Source: Isorropodon fossajaponicum endosymbiont JTNG4 (lineage in GTDB: Bacteria > Pseudomonadota > Gammaproteobacteria > PS1 > Pseudothioglobaceae). Taken from it: a DNA stretch of 32,000 nucleotides. The stretch lies in assembly GCF_016592615.1 (NCBI RefSeq), contig NZ_AP013043.1, positions 540,001 to 572,000 on the forward strand. Direction: 5' to 3'. Of the stretch, positions 10,618-19,183 are shown piece after piece. Both the position numbers and the translations under genes were made by a program. How positions within the stretch are numbered: the first letter of the stretch is position 1; each line of letters starts with the position of its first letter. The notes beneath the pieces are model-generated. The model saw nothing but the letters and a program-made list of their open reading frames with translations, made no database searches and had not been told where the DNA came from.

Positions 10618-12111
10618 GTGAGCGATCAAGATAACAACAAATTAATTTTTGAAAGAAAATCAAAATTAGCTTTATTAAGAGAGGCAGGCAATCCATTTGT
10701 TAATAATTTTAAGCCTGAAAATTTAGCGCAAGACATTATTCAAAAATTTGATGGTCTTTCTAAAGAAGCGTTGGTGCAAAAAAACGTGCAAGTATCTGTA
10801 GCAGGGCGGATGATGCTCAAGCGTGTGATGGGCAAAGCCAGCTTTGCACATGTACAGGACTCCAGTGGACAAATTCAGCTTTTTATCACTCGCGATGAGT
10901 TGCCCGAAAGTTTTTATAATGAGCAGTTTAAAAAATGGGATATTGGTGATATTATTGGTGCTACGGGTGTTTTATTCAAAACCAATGTAGGTGAATTGTC
11001 CATTCGTATTAGTAATATTAAGTTACTGACTAAGTCATTACGTCCACTGCCTGAAAAATTTCATGGCTTGAGTGACCAAGAAACTCGTTATCGTCAGCGT
11101 TATGTTGATTTAATTATGAATGAAAATTCGCGCAACACGTTTAAGCGTCGCAGTCAAATTGTAGGCTATATTCGCAATTTTTTTAATAAAAATGATTTTA
11201 TTGAGGTAGAAACGCCTATGTTGCAAACCATTCCAGGCGGCGCAACAGCTAAACCATTTGAGACACATCATAATGCATTAGACATGCCCATGTATTTGCG
11301 TATTGCGCCTGAGCTTTATTTGAAGCGTTTGATTGTTGGCGGTATGGATAGGGTGTTTGAAATTAATCGTAATTTTAGAAACGAGGGGCTTTCCACGAGG
11401 CACAATCCTGAATTTACCATGATTGAGTTTTACCAAGCCTATGCCACGTATCATGATTTAATGGATTTAACAGAAAAATTATTCCGTGGTATTGCGCTTG
11501 ATGTCTGCGGTAGCGCCAATATTCATTACCAAGATAATGATTTTGATTTTTCAAAGCCATTTGAACGTGTTAGTGTGTTTGATTCAATTTTGCAATACAA
11601 CCCAAGCCTAACAGCAATCGATTTAAATCAGGACAACGCTAAAAAAACAGCAGAAAAATTAGGTATTCAAGTCAAAGAAAATTGGGGTTTGGGTAAAATT
11701 CAAATTGAAATTTTCGAAGTTACTGTTGAAGAAAAGCTCATTCAACCCGCTTTTATCACGCAGTATCCAACTGAAGTATCACCACTAGCACGGCGTAATG
11801 ACGACAACCCATTTATTACCGATCGGTTTGAATTATTTATTGGTGGTCGTGAAATTGCCAATGGCTTTTCTGAGTTGAATGATGCTGAGGATCAGGTTGA
11901 ACGTTTTAAAAAACAAGTTGAAGACAAAGACGCAGGTGATGATGAAGCCATGCACTATGATGCTGATTATATTCGCGCCCTAGAATATGGCATGCCACCC
12001 ACGGCGGGCGAGGGCATCGGCATTGATAGATTGGTGATGCTATTTACCAATTCATCATCAATTCGTGATGTGCTTTTATTTCCACATATGCGCCCTGAGG
12101 TTGGTAAATGA
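10618..12111 (+). CDS. lysS: lysine--tRNA ligase (class II)
   Basis: Class II motifs ([33 protein letters not shown]). I prefer GTG 10618 (AAGGGG SD 4 nt upstream, just after the TPR stop) to the track start 10531, which overlaps the TPR gene with a non-LysS-like extension. Confidence 0.93.
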   Translation: MSDQDNNKLIFERKSKLALLREAGNPFVNNFKPENLAQDIIQKFDGLSKEALVQKNVQVSVAGRMMLKRVMGKASFAHVQDSSGQIQLFITRDELPESFYNEQFKKWDIGDIIGATGVLFKTNVGELSIRISNIKLLTKSLRPLPEKFHGLSDQETRYRQRYVDLIMNENSRNTFKRRSQIVGYIRNFFNKNDFIEVETPMLQTIPGGATAKPFETHHNALDMPMYLRIAPELYLKRLIVGGMDRVFEINRNFRNEGLSTRHNPEFTMIEFYQAYATYHDLMDLTEKLFRGIALDVCGSANIHYQDNDFDFSKPFERVSVFDSILQYNPSLTAIDLNQDNAKKTAEKLGIQVKENWGLGKIQIEIFEVTVEEKLIQPAFITQYPTEVSPLARRNDDNPFITDRFELFIGGREIANGFSELNDAEDQVERFKKQVEDKDAGDDEAMHYDADYIRALEYGMPPTAGEGIGIDRLVMLFTNSSSIRDVLLFPHMRPEVGK

Positions 12112-12197
12112 AATGAGCCAATTGAAGAAGTGCTCTTGGAGTACGCCCCGAAGTAAAGTGAAAAATACCAATTATTTAGGTTTGTTGGCGTCAGTAA

Positions 12198-12452
12198 ATG
12201 AATCAAGATTCTTACCAGTCCATGTTGGCAATCGTACAATCATTTCATGATAAGCATGATTTTAAAAACCATGGTGGTGAGGATTTGGCAGAAGAATCAG
12301 CAGACTTATTGATTTTACTGATAGGTACGGCAATTAGTGCTAATTTTGACCTTAATCAGGCCTTTGGAAAAAATGGAAAAACTTGATAAGCGCCAGTCAA
12401 AAATGGTTAATGTGAAAATCAGGGCGTCTGAATTTCGAGGTGTGGATAAATG
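12198..12452 (+). pseudogene. possible short MazG-like NTP pyrophosphohydrolase remnant, frameshifted at an A6 run
   Basis: The 62-aa ORF contains AEESADLLILLIGTAISANFDLNQAF. After the A6 run (12368-12373) another frame continues EKMEKLDKRQSKMVNVKI... and ends in an ATGA overlap with cmk. The family assignment is weak. Confidence 0.3.
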
Positions 12453-13127
12453 AGTCAAAATATAATACCAGTTTTAACTATTGACGGCCTAAGTGGCGTA
12501 GGAAAAGGCACTGTGGCAAGAATTGTGGCACAAAAACAAAACTGGCATTTATTAGATTCTGGGGCAATTTATCGTGCTTTTGCTTTAGCGGTTGATGCCA
12601 GAGGGGTTGATATTACTAATGAAGAGGCTTTGGAGAAAGTTGCACAAACCCTTGGTTTAGAATTTAAAACCAAACCAGGTAATGAGCTTGTGAGTGTTTA
12701 TCTTGATGGCAAAGATGTTTCTAAAATTTTACGCACAGAGAAAACAGGTGAGATGGCTTCAAAAATTGCCTCTATTGGCGTGGTTCGTGCTGCGCTTTTT
12801 AAGCGCCAAAAAGACTTTGCCAAAGCGCCAGGGTTGGTGGCAGATGGTAGGGATATGGGTACAACTGTTTTTCCTAATGCGTCATTTAAAGTATATTTAA
12901 CTACAAGCGCTGACGAGCGAGCCAATAGGCGCTTAAAACAATTGCAAGCGCAAGGCAGTAAGGGTATAATTTCGCAAATCTTAGCAAAGGTGAAAGCAAG
13001 AGATGAGCGTGATAGTTCACGTAAACACTCTCCACTTAAACCTGCTAAAGATGCACTTATCATTGATACCACTGGGCTATCTATTGATGAGGTTATCACT
13101 CAGGTGGTAGCATTAATTGAGGCTTAA
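12450..13127 (+). CDS. cmk: cytidylate kinase
   Basis: 225 aa. P-loop IDGLSGVGKGTVARIVA, then LDSGAIYR and ADGRDMGTTVFP. Conserved cmk-rpsA-ihfB synteny. Confidence 0.95.
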   Translation: MSQNIIPVLTIDGLSGVGKGTVARIVAQKQNWHLLDSGAIYRAFALAVDARGVDITNEEALEKVAQTLGLEFKTKPGNELVSVYLDGKDVSKILRTEKTGEMASKIASIGVVRAALFKRQKDFAKAPGLVADGRDMGTTVFPNASFKVYLTTSADERANRRLKQLQAQGSKGIISQILAKVKARDERDSSRKHSPLKPAKDALIIDTTGLSIDEVITQVVALIEA

Positions 13128-13220
13128 GCGGTTAAACCTCTTAAATAAATTAACCCGATAATGTATTAAGCATATACCGCAAATAGCTTAAGAATTACCG
13201 GTCAATATCAAAATAATAAT

Positions 13221-14903
13221 ATGTCAGAATCATTTGCTGAGCTATTTGAAAATAGCGTAGAACAACAAAACGTAAAAGTTGGTGCTCTTTTAATGGGAAC
13301 CATTGTTAGTATTAATCGTGAAAAAGCGATTATTAATGTTGGACTTAAATCAGAGGGTTTTATCTCTCTAGACGAATTTAAAAATCCACAAGGAGAATTA
13401 GAGGTTGAAGAGGGCGACATTGTCGAAGTTGCACTTAAATCAATTGATGATGGCTTAGGCAATACCTTGTTGTCACATACAGATGCTAAGCGTATTAAGT
13501 TATGGCAGTCACTTGAATTGGCAATGAACTCTAAGGAGGTTGTAACTGGCGTTGTAACTGGCGCTGTTAAAGGTGGCTTGACGGTTGATATTGGTGTGGT
13601 TAAAGCATTCTTACCTGGTTCATTAGTTGATATACGCCCTATGAAAGATTTCTCATACCTAACAGGTCAAGAAATTGAAGCCATTGTTATTAAGATGGAC
13701 GAAGTTAGAAACAATATTGTCATTTCTAGAAAAGCCGTATTACAAGAAGCTAACTCTGCCGATAGAGAAGCACTACTTGAAGGTCTTGAAGAAGGTAAGG
13801 AAATTGAAGGTATTGTTAAAAATCTTGCAGATTATGGTGCATTTGTTGATCTTGGCGGTGTTGATGGTTTGTTGCACATTACAGATATTTCTTGGCAACG
13901 TGTTAACCACCCATCTGAAAAATTAACAATTGGCGATAAGATTACCGTTAAAGTGCTTAATTATGATAAAGAAAAAATGCGCGTATCATTAGGGCTTAAA
14001 CAGTTAACTGCTAGCCCTTGGGATAACATTTCAGACCGCTTGCCTATTGGCAAGAAAGTACCAGGTACGGTTTCTAACTTAACAGACTATGGTGCATTTG
14101 TGCGCATTAAAGAGGGTGTTGAGGGCTTGGTTCACGTGAGTGAGATGGATTGGACAAATGCCAATGCTCGTCCTTCTAAAATTGTTAAATTAGGTCAAGA
14201 GGTTGAAGTGGTTGTATTAGATGTTCAAGAGTCTAAGCACCGTATTTCATTATCTATGAAGCAAGCTCAAGAAAACCCTTGGGAATCGTTTGAGGCGACA
14301 CATAATAAGGGTGACAAAATCCTTGTTAGTGTTAAATCAATCACTGACTTTGGCTTGTTTGTCGGTCTTCCAGGTGGTATTGATGGTTTAATTCACTTAG
14401 CTGACATCTCATGGGGAAAACAATCCTCAGACCAGTTGGTATCTAGTTATTCTAAAGGACAAGAATTGGAAGTGGTTATTTTGAATATTGACGCTGAAAA
14501 AGAGCGTATTTCTTTAGGCATTAAGCAACTTTCAGAAGATGATTTCATGCAATATGCATCTGCCAATAGAAAAGGTTCAATTGTTAAGGGTGTGATTATG
14601 GAAGTTGATCCGCGTGGTGCAGTCATTAGTTTGGGTGAAGATATTACAGGCTATTTGAAAGCAGGAGAAATTTCAGAAAATCGCGTTGAAGATGCAACCT
14701 TGGTATTGAAAACTGGTGAAGAAGTGGAAGTTTCGATTGTGAATGTGGACAGAAGGACTCGCAATATTTCAGTCAGTATTAGAGCTAAAAACTCAGTGGA
14801 AGAAAAAGCAGCAATGGAAGATTACAACAAACAATCTTCTGATGCAGCAACTGGTTCTACATTGGGCGATTTGCTAAAAGAAGCAAAAGAAGACAATAAG
14901 TAA
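13221..14903 (+). CDS. rpsA: 30S ribosomal protein S1
   Basis: 560 aa with six S1 (OB-fold) repeats, each with motifs like [22 protein letters not shown]. There is no SD upstream, as is usual for rpsA. Confidence 0.97.
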   Translation: [560 protein letters not shown]

Positions 14904-14910
14904 CACTTAA

Positions 14911-14947
14911 AAACAATCACATAGTGATATGTGATTGTTTCTTTTTT
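14911..14947 (+). terminator. rho-independent terminator/attenuator after rpsA
   Basis: Perfect 12-bp stem AAACAATCACAT (14911-14922) / ATGTGATTGTTT (14929-14940) with a 6-nt loop, followed by CTTTTTT. Confidence 0.6.
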
Positions 14948-14954
14948 AGCTATT

Positions 14955-15233
14955 ATGAAAAAGACCGACCTTATTTTAAGCTTATCAGACAGTTCTAATT
15001 TATCTAAAATTGATGCCAGAATAGCAGTTGAAGTAATTTTGCAGGAATTAATGCAAGGCATTATTTCTGGTCAAGGTATTGAAATAAGAGGCTTCGGTGG
15101 TTTTTACAAGAAGCATCGTAAAGCTCGTCAAGGTATTAACCCTAAAACTAGTGAAAGGACACAAGTAGGTGAGAAGTTTGTGCCCTTTTTTAAGCCGGGT
15201 AAATTACTTAAAGAAATCGTTAATAAAGCCTAG
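14955..15233 (+). CDS. ihfB: integration host factor subunit beta
   Basis: 92 aa from ATG 14955 (MKKTDLILSL...). HU/IHF fold motifs GFGGFYKKHRKARQGINPKTSERTQVGEKFVPFFKPGK. Located after rpsA as in other gammaproteobacteria. The track start 14931 lies inside the terminator. Confidence 0.9.
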   Translation: MKKTDLILSLSDSSNLSKIDARIAVEVILQELMQGIISGQGIEIRGFGGFYKKHRKARQGINPKTSERTQVGEKFVPFFKPGKLLKEIVNKA

Positions 15234-15240
15234 TTTTTAA

Positions 15241-15270
15241 TTGATTTATAAAGTCTGATTAATGTATAAT
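15241..15270 (+). promoter_or_regulatory. candidate sigma70 promoter for tRNA-Lys
   Basis: TTGATT (15241-15246), an 18-nt spacer, then TATAAT (15265-15270) preceded by TG. It lies about 50 nt upstream of the tRNA 5' end. Confidence 0.4.
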
Positions 15271-15319
15271 TTCATTTTTTTACGCGAAGTGTCAACAACT
15301 TTAGAGCGTTAAATAAATA

Positions 15320-15395
15320 GGGGCGTTAGCTCAGTCGGTAGAGCATCGGACTTTTAATCCGCTGGTCGAGCGTTCAAATCGCTCACGCCCCACCA
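15320..15395 (+). tRNA. tRNA-Lys (anticodon UUU)
   Basis: 76-nt cloverleaf by hand folding. Acceptor GGGGCGT/ACGCCCC, D arm GCTC..GAGC, anticodon loop CTTTTAA, variable loop TGGTC, T arm GAGCG-TTCAAAT-CGCTC and an encoded CCA. One T-C mismatch at the base of the anticodon stem. Confidence 0.93.
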
Positions 15396-15406
15396 TATTA
15401 TTAAAG

Positions 15407-15435
15407 GCTTTCAAGCGATTGAGAGCTTTTTTTTT
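15407..15435 (+). terminator. rho-independent terminator after tRNA-Lys
   Basis: Stem GCTTTCAA (15407-15414) / TTGAGAGC (15419-15426) with one G-T pair and loop GCGA, followed by T9 (15427-15435). Confidence 0.7.
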
Positions 15436-15452
15436 CGTCTATCGGAAATATC

Positions 15453-15472
15453 TGGGCGACCATTGGGCGACC
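15453..15472 (+). repeat. two direct copies of TGGGCGACC spaced 11 bp apart
   Basis: TGGGCGACC at 15453-15461 and at 15464-15472. They are GC-rich in an AT-rich spacer, at the tRNA/island junction. Confidence 0.6.
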
Positions 15473-15605
15473 TAATATTAATTATTTGTGGTTATAGTCA
15501 GTGTATTAACTTATAGATATATTGAATTTTTCACCTTCTTTACTTGAGTATTTTTGCCAAAGGGTTTATATTGGTATTTCACTAAATACGCACTATTTTT
15601 ATACT

Positions 15606-15899
15606 ATGTTTAAATCTGGTCATTCCAAGGTAGGCGGTCGTAAGCGCGGTTCAAAGAATAAAAAAACCTTATTAGGTGCTGATGAGTTGTTGTTAAGGCT
15701 TGATATTAATCCTATTGAGAAGCTAATCAACATAGCTGAGTCTGATGAGGCATCTATAGAGCAGAAGATAAGGTGCTGGCAAGAGATATCTAAATATACA
15801 TATCCCAAACTTAAGTCACAAGAAATATTTATTGAACCAGAATCCGATATGCCAACCAGGATTGAGATTGTGGCTTATGGTGAAGACGCTCTTAATTAG
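15606..15899 (+). CDS. small basic phage-like protein (possibly terminase-small-subunit-like), function uncertain
   Basis: From ATG 15606: MFKSGHSKVGGRKRGSKNKKTLL...ISKYTYPKLKSQE. The GRKRGSKNK N-terminus and YxYPKLK motif recall small phage or satellite DNA-binding proteins, recognised from memory only. Confidence 0.45.
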   Translation: MFKSGHSKVGGRKRGSKNKKTLLGADELLLRLDINPIEKLINIAESDEASIEQKIRCWQEISKYTYPKLKSQEIFIEPESDMPTRIEIVAYGEDALN

Positions 15900-15943
15900 G
15901 TTAATATTTTAATTGATAAGGAAAAACCGCCATTATTACATCT

Positions 15944-17116
15944 CTATAAATTCTTAACTTTTCTAGCCTCAAGGTTTTCGATAATAGATAATATTGAAAG
16001 TGGTAAAAGTATATTTAAATCTCTCATTTTATAATACTCTTTCTTGATTTCAGATACAGGTAATGGCGAATCAACTCTAACCAGATTGTAAAAGTCATTC
16101 ATTTTCAACAAGATCTCATCATGCGTTTCATGCTTATCAATTAACTTATTAAGCTTCTTTCTTTTTTCCTTGTCTTGAATAGATACGATAATCATTAGCA
16201 CAAACCAAATTGTCATTATTACTAAAGAGTAGTTTAAGGTACTGTCCACTTCCATATTTTCAATATTAAAAATAGGTGTATATATTTTAACTATGTAAGG
16301 AAGTATGTAAACAAAGAGTGCAAATCCGGACCACTTAATAAAGCTTTTAAAATAAAATTTACCAGGTTTAAATACTGATTTTATAGCGGCTCTCTCCCGC
16401 TCTAATTTAGAAACGTAAAACTCAGACATCAACTCCAGCATCTCATTTTTATCTTTTTTTACACTTCCCTGTAATGCTGGATACGCTATGTCATTTATAT
16501 AATTCAATATTTCATAATCACTTAGAAGAACAATAAAGAACCTATCAATTTCTTTGTCATATATTTCAGAATCTAAATATAAATTTACGGCCTGATTAAT
16601 ACTTTCTAAATATGGAAGATGCTTAATTAAATCATTTTTAACTTTGAATTTAAAAAGAATATCATCAATTATTGGATAGTTAAAATTTGAATATATTTCG
16701 AAGCATCTCTTATACTCATCATCAGTAAATACGCTTAAATGTTCTTCGTCCTTAAACCTGATTTCACGAAATAAAATTTCAAGAAGTGTAGTTGTATTCT
16801 CAATAATTTCCAGCCCTGAATTGAAATCTTTGTAATCCAAGCTCAGGTCTTTTACTTTCTTAAAGGCAGCCCTATAAAAAGTTTCAAAAATCTTTACCCT
16901 TTGGGATTTAATTTGAAACGTATAAAATCTATCAATATCTTCATCGCCAAAGAAATCATCACTCTTTTTTAGTAGACTAGCCGGAGGCTCAATAAGAGCA
17001 GGCCAAAAGACATTCTGATATAGATATTCTTCATTCACACCCTCAAATTCGGCATATGTGCTTGCAATATTAGATATATATTCTTTTAGTCTTTCTTTAT
17101 GAGTTTTCATTATCAA
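15944..17116 (-). CDS. hypothetical membrane protein (soluble N-terminal ~260 aa, two TM helices, short C-terminal tail)
   Basis: 390 aa ORF (a more likely ATG is at 17110). TM segments WSGFALFVYILPYIVKIY and LNYSLVIMTIWFVLMIIVSI. No family recognised. It overlaps the end of the upstream gene. Confidence 0.6.
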   Translation of the reverse strand: MIMKTHKERLKEYISNIASTYAEFEGVNEEYLYQNVFWPALIEPPASLLKKSDDFFGDEDIDRFYTFQIKSQRVKIFETFYRAAFKKVKDLSLDYKDFNSGLEIIENTTTLLEILFREIRFKDEEHLSVFTDDEYKRCFEIYSNFNYPIIDDILFKFKVKNDLIKHLPYLESINQAVNLYLDSEIYDKEIDRFFIVLLSDYEILNYINDIAYPALQGSVKKDKNEMLELMSEFYVSKLERERAAIKSVFKPGKFYFKSFIKWSGFALFVYILPYIVKIYTPIFNIENMEVDSTLNYSLVIMTIWFVLMIIVSIQDKEKRKKLNKLIDKHETHDEILLKMNDFYNLVRVDSPLPVSEIKKEYYKMRDLNILLPLSILSIIENLEARKVKNL

Positions 17117-17642
17117 TTTTTGATTGGATTTTATAAATACTTTCTTTAGCCTCGCTATATATATCCTTCATGTCAATCTTGGGGATAAGCTCTAGAATTT
17201 CCTCGTAGATACTTTCATTATCTTTATTTTCATAAGACTTTTCCCAAAGCCCCAAGATGTAATCACTTTTTATCTTTGAAGATTCTGGCAATAGATACAT
17301 GCCTGTCCTCAGGATAGTTAGGCATGGAAATATTCCATTCTTATTTCGAATATTGCCTGCTGCATGGAGAATTAATGCTTCTTCACTATCGTATTTATAT
17401 CCTAGTTTTAATTTGTTTAGAATAAGCAACAAGTCACCTTCATTGTAACCAGATCCGACTTTCATGATACGAGGGGATAGACCGTAAAGTATTCCTTTGA
17501 GCAAGCACTCTTCAGTTAATTCAAATGAGATGTTGGCCTTGAAGTTTTCAAGATTATCACCCCAAATAAATCAAGGAAGGTGACCTTCAAATCCATCTGG
17601 CGTTAGATAATATTTATTCTTCTCTCCAAATGGAAGCCACAT
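17097..17642 (-). pseudogene. hypothetical protein interrupted by an in-frame TGA (or a 135-aa product starting at TTG 17504)
   Basis: ATG 17642 opens MWLPFGEKNKYYLTPDGFEGHLP, then TGA at 17571-17573. The same frame continues FIWGDNLENFKANISFELTEEC into the 135-aa track ORF (17097..17504). Confidence 0.45.
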
Positions 17643-17703
17643 CAAGGAAAAGGGTTGTAAATCATTTTTCATTCAGTAATTTATCCAAATTTAGTATATT
17701 AAT

Positions 17704-17726
17704 GAGCTACAATTATCTCTCTTATG
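17704..17726 (+). promoter_or_regulatory. conserved GAGCTACAATT (-10-like) element 10 nt upstream of ATG
   Basis: TGAGCTACAATT, then 9 pyrimidine-rich nt, then ATGAAG. There is no purine-rich SD. The same 12-mer occurs at 21327 and 27028. Confidence 0.4.
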
Positions 17727-18524
17727 AAGACACTTTTATCACTATTTATATACCTAATTATAACGCTACCTATTCAGGCGGAAGAATCGCTTACGTACAG
17801 CATAGAAAATAAATCAGAAGAGATTGTAAGAACCCTAAATGCAACCATTACAAATGTAGAGCTTTCGCCTGACTATTCATTAAGAGCAGTTTTGTATGAA
17901 TCTCAAAATGCTTTAGAGGAAGGTGCTTTGCCAGAACAAGTGTTGAAAATTGCATTGCCTGATGGGCACTTGTGGTTAAGACCTGGTGATTTGGTTAATT
18001 ATTCTAAGCTTAAGTTTTTGGATAACAGGAGTCTGACTTTAAGTCGTTGCACTTTGTTTGTGTGTGAGTCCATTATCGTTGATACGCTTGACAGAAAGGT
18101 TTTTTGGCTTGGAAAAGGTGAAGATGAAATCACTAAAAATAGCTTTATTAAGCTTACTAATGAAATGGAGCAAATCATTGAGTATAGCTCTAATAAAGAG
18201 CAATATCAATCTCCTGATAACAAGTCAAAAGTAATTTTATATCGTTCAAATAAAACACTTGAGGAAGGTGAAGTTGCAGATGCGATTCTCAACTTTACTA
18301 CTGACCATGACTCACTGTGGCTTTATGGTGGCTATGGACAGAGTTTCTATGACATTAGTTTTCTTGATAATGTTCATTTAATATTTCAGGAGTGTAATTT
18401 CTTTGTGTGTGGGTCGTTTATTTTCAACTTCCATAACAAGAAAATTACACTTCCGGGTGGCGGTAGTTTCGAGATTATCAATGATAAGCATATAAGATTA
18501 AACTATTCAAAGACTTATTCTTAG
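17724..18524 (+). CDS. secreted protein with an internal tandem domain duplication
   Basis: Signal peptide MKTLLSLFIYLIITLPIQA. Residues 48-136 and 163-251 align (SPD..LY.S...LEEG...LWL...FLDN..L...C.FFVC.S.I...EI). Confidence 0.7.
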   Translation: MKTLLSLFIYLIITLPIQAEESLTYSIENKSEEIVRTLNATITNVELSPDYSLRAVLYESQNALEEGALPEQVLKIALPDGHLWLRPGDLVNYSKLKFLDNRSLTLSRCTLFVCESIIVDTLDRKVFWLGKGEDEITKNSFIKLTNEMEQIIEYSSNKEQYQSPDNKSKVILYRSNKTLEEGEVADAILNFTTDHDSLWLYGGYGQSFYDISFLDNVHLIFQECNFFVCGSFIFNFHNKKITLPGGGSFEIINDKHIRLNYSKTYS

Positions 18525-18817
18525 ATTAAAAGATGAAGATTGGGATGGATTTGGCTGTGTAGATAACTTAAGCCCCATTCCTCTTAGCGAAATCAAACAA
18601 GAGTACGCAGATTGGTTAGGTGTCAGTCGCTACCCTGAGAGACGACCATACACACTTGATGAATTATTCCCTGCAGAAAGAGATGAGCGCTTGAAAAGAC
18701 GTGCTGAAAGATATGAAGCAAGATTAATCAGACAAATGGATGATGAAAGTGTTACATCGATAGGCAGTCGATAACCATGTCAGTATTAATAGATGGTATT
18801 CACGTCGCATCGGAGAG

Positions 18818-19183
18818 ATGTACGTAAATATGAATAACTATGATTTAATAGAAGAGTTTTTTACTAGCCAAGAACAAATTACCAAGTTCTTTGTGCGGCT
18901 AAGCACTCTTAAAATTGCCAATCCTAGCGCAACATGTATTGCATCTTTAGAAAAGAAAGGGGATTACTGGGTTTATCTACTTGAGCATTTTCCCAGTGGA
19001 AAGCATATAGGTGAAAATATTAAACCATTCAAGCCAAGCTTTGAAAATTACAATAAATTTAACAACGGATGCAAAGAATTAGCGAAAATGCTGGAGATGT
19101 ATATTGATGCCGACGATTTATCATTGATATCTATGGATTCAAAGCCATTTTCAGATTTAACCTTTGATACTAATAATGGTTAG
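18818..19183 (+). CDS. hypothetical protein
   Basis: 121 aa ORF (an alternative ATG is at 18830). No motifs recognised. Confidence 0.45.
   Translation: MYVNMNNYDLIEEFFTSQEQITKFFVRLSTLKIANPSATCIASLEKKGDYWVYLLEHFPSGKHIGENIKPFKPSFENYNKFNNGCKELAKMLEMYIDADDLSLISMDSKPFSDLTFDTNNG

Noticed and set aside
13128-13220. Missing Shine-Dalgarno upstream of rpsA as an anomaly
   Set aside because: rpsA is known to be translated from an SD-poor, structured and autoregulated leader in gammaproteobacteria, so this is expected.
972-14000. Many 60-130 aa track ORFs inside or antisense to the housekeeping genes (e.g. 972..1187, 1921..2124, 2170..2397, 2635..2901, 2753..3118, 3556..3804, 4155..4364, 5042..5230, 5148..5366, 8102..8395, 8200..8481, 10344..10604, 11967..12239, 12065..12250, 12694..12900, 12698..13099, 13208..13462, 13675..13926)
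   Set aside because: Each is fully embedded in a long ORF with clear family motifs on the same or opposite strand. The translations are low-complexity or Cys/Leu/Phe-rich, as expected for shadow frames in AT-rich DNA.
17571-17573. In-frame TGA as selenocysteine or programmed readthrough
   Set aside because: I saw no obvious SECIS-like stem-loop immediately downstream, there are no selenoprotein-type motifs, and the island contains several other broken genes. A nonsense mutation or an internal TTG restart is more parsimonious.
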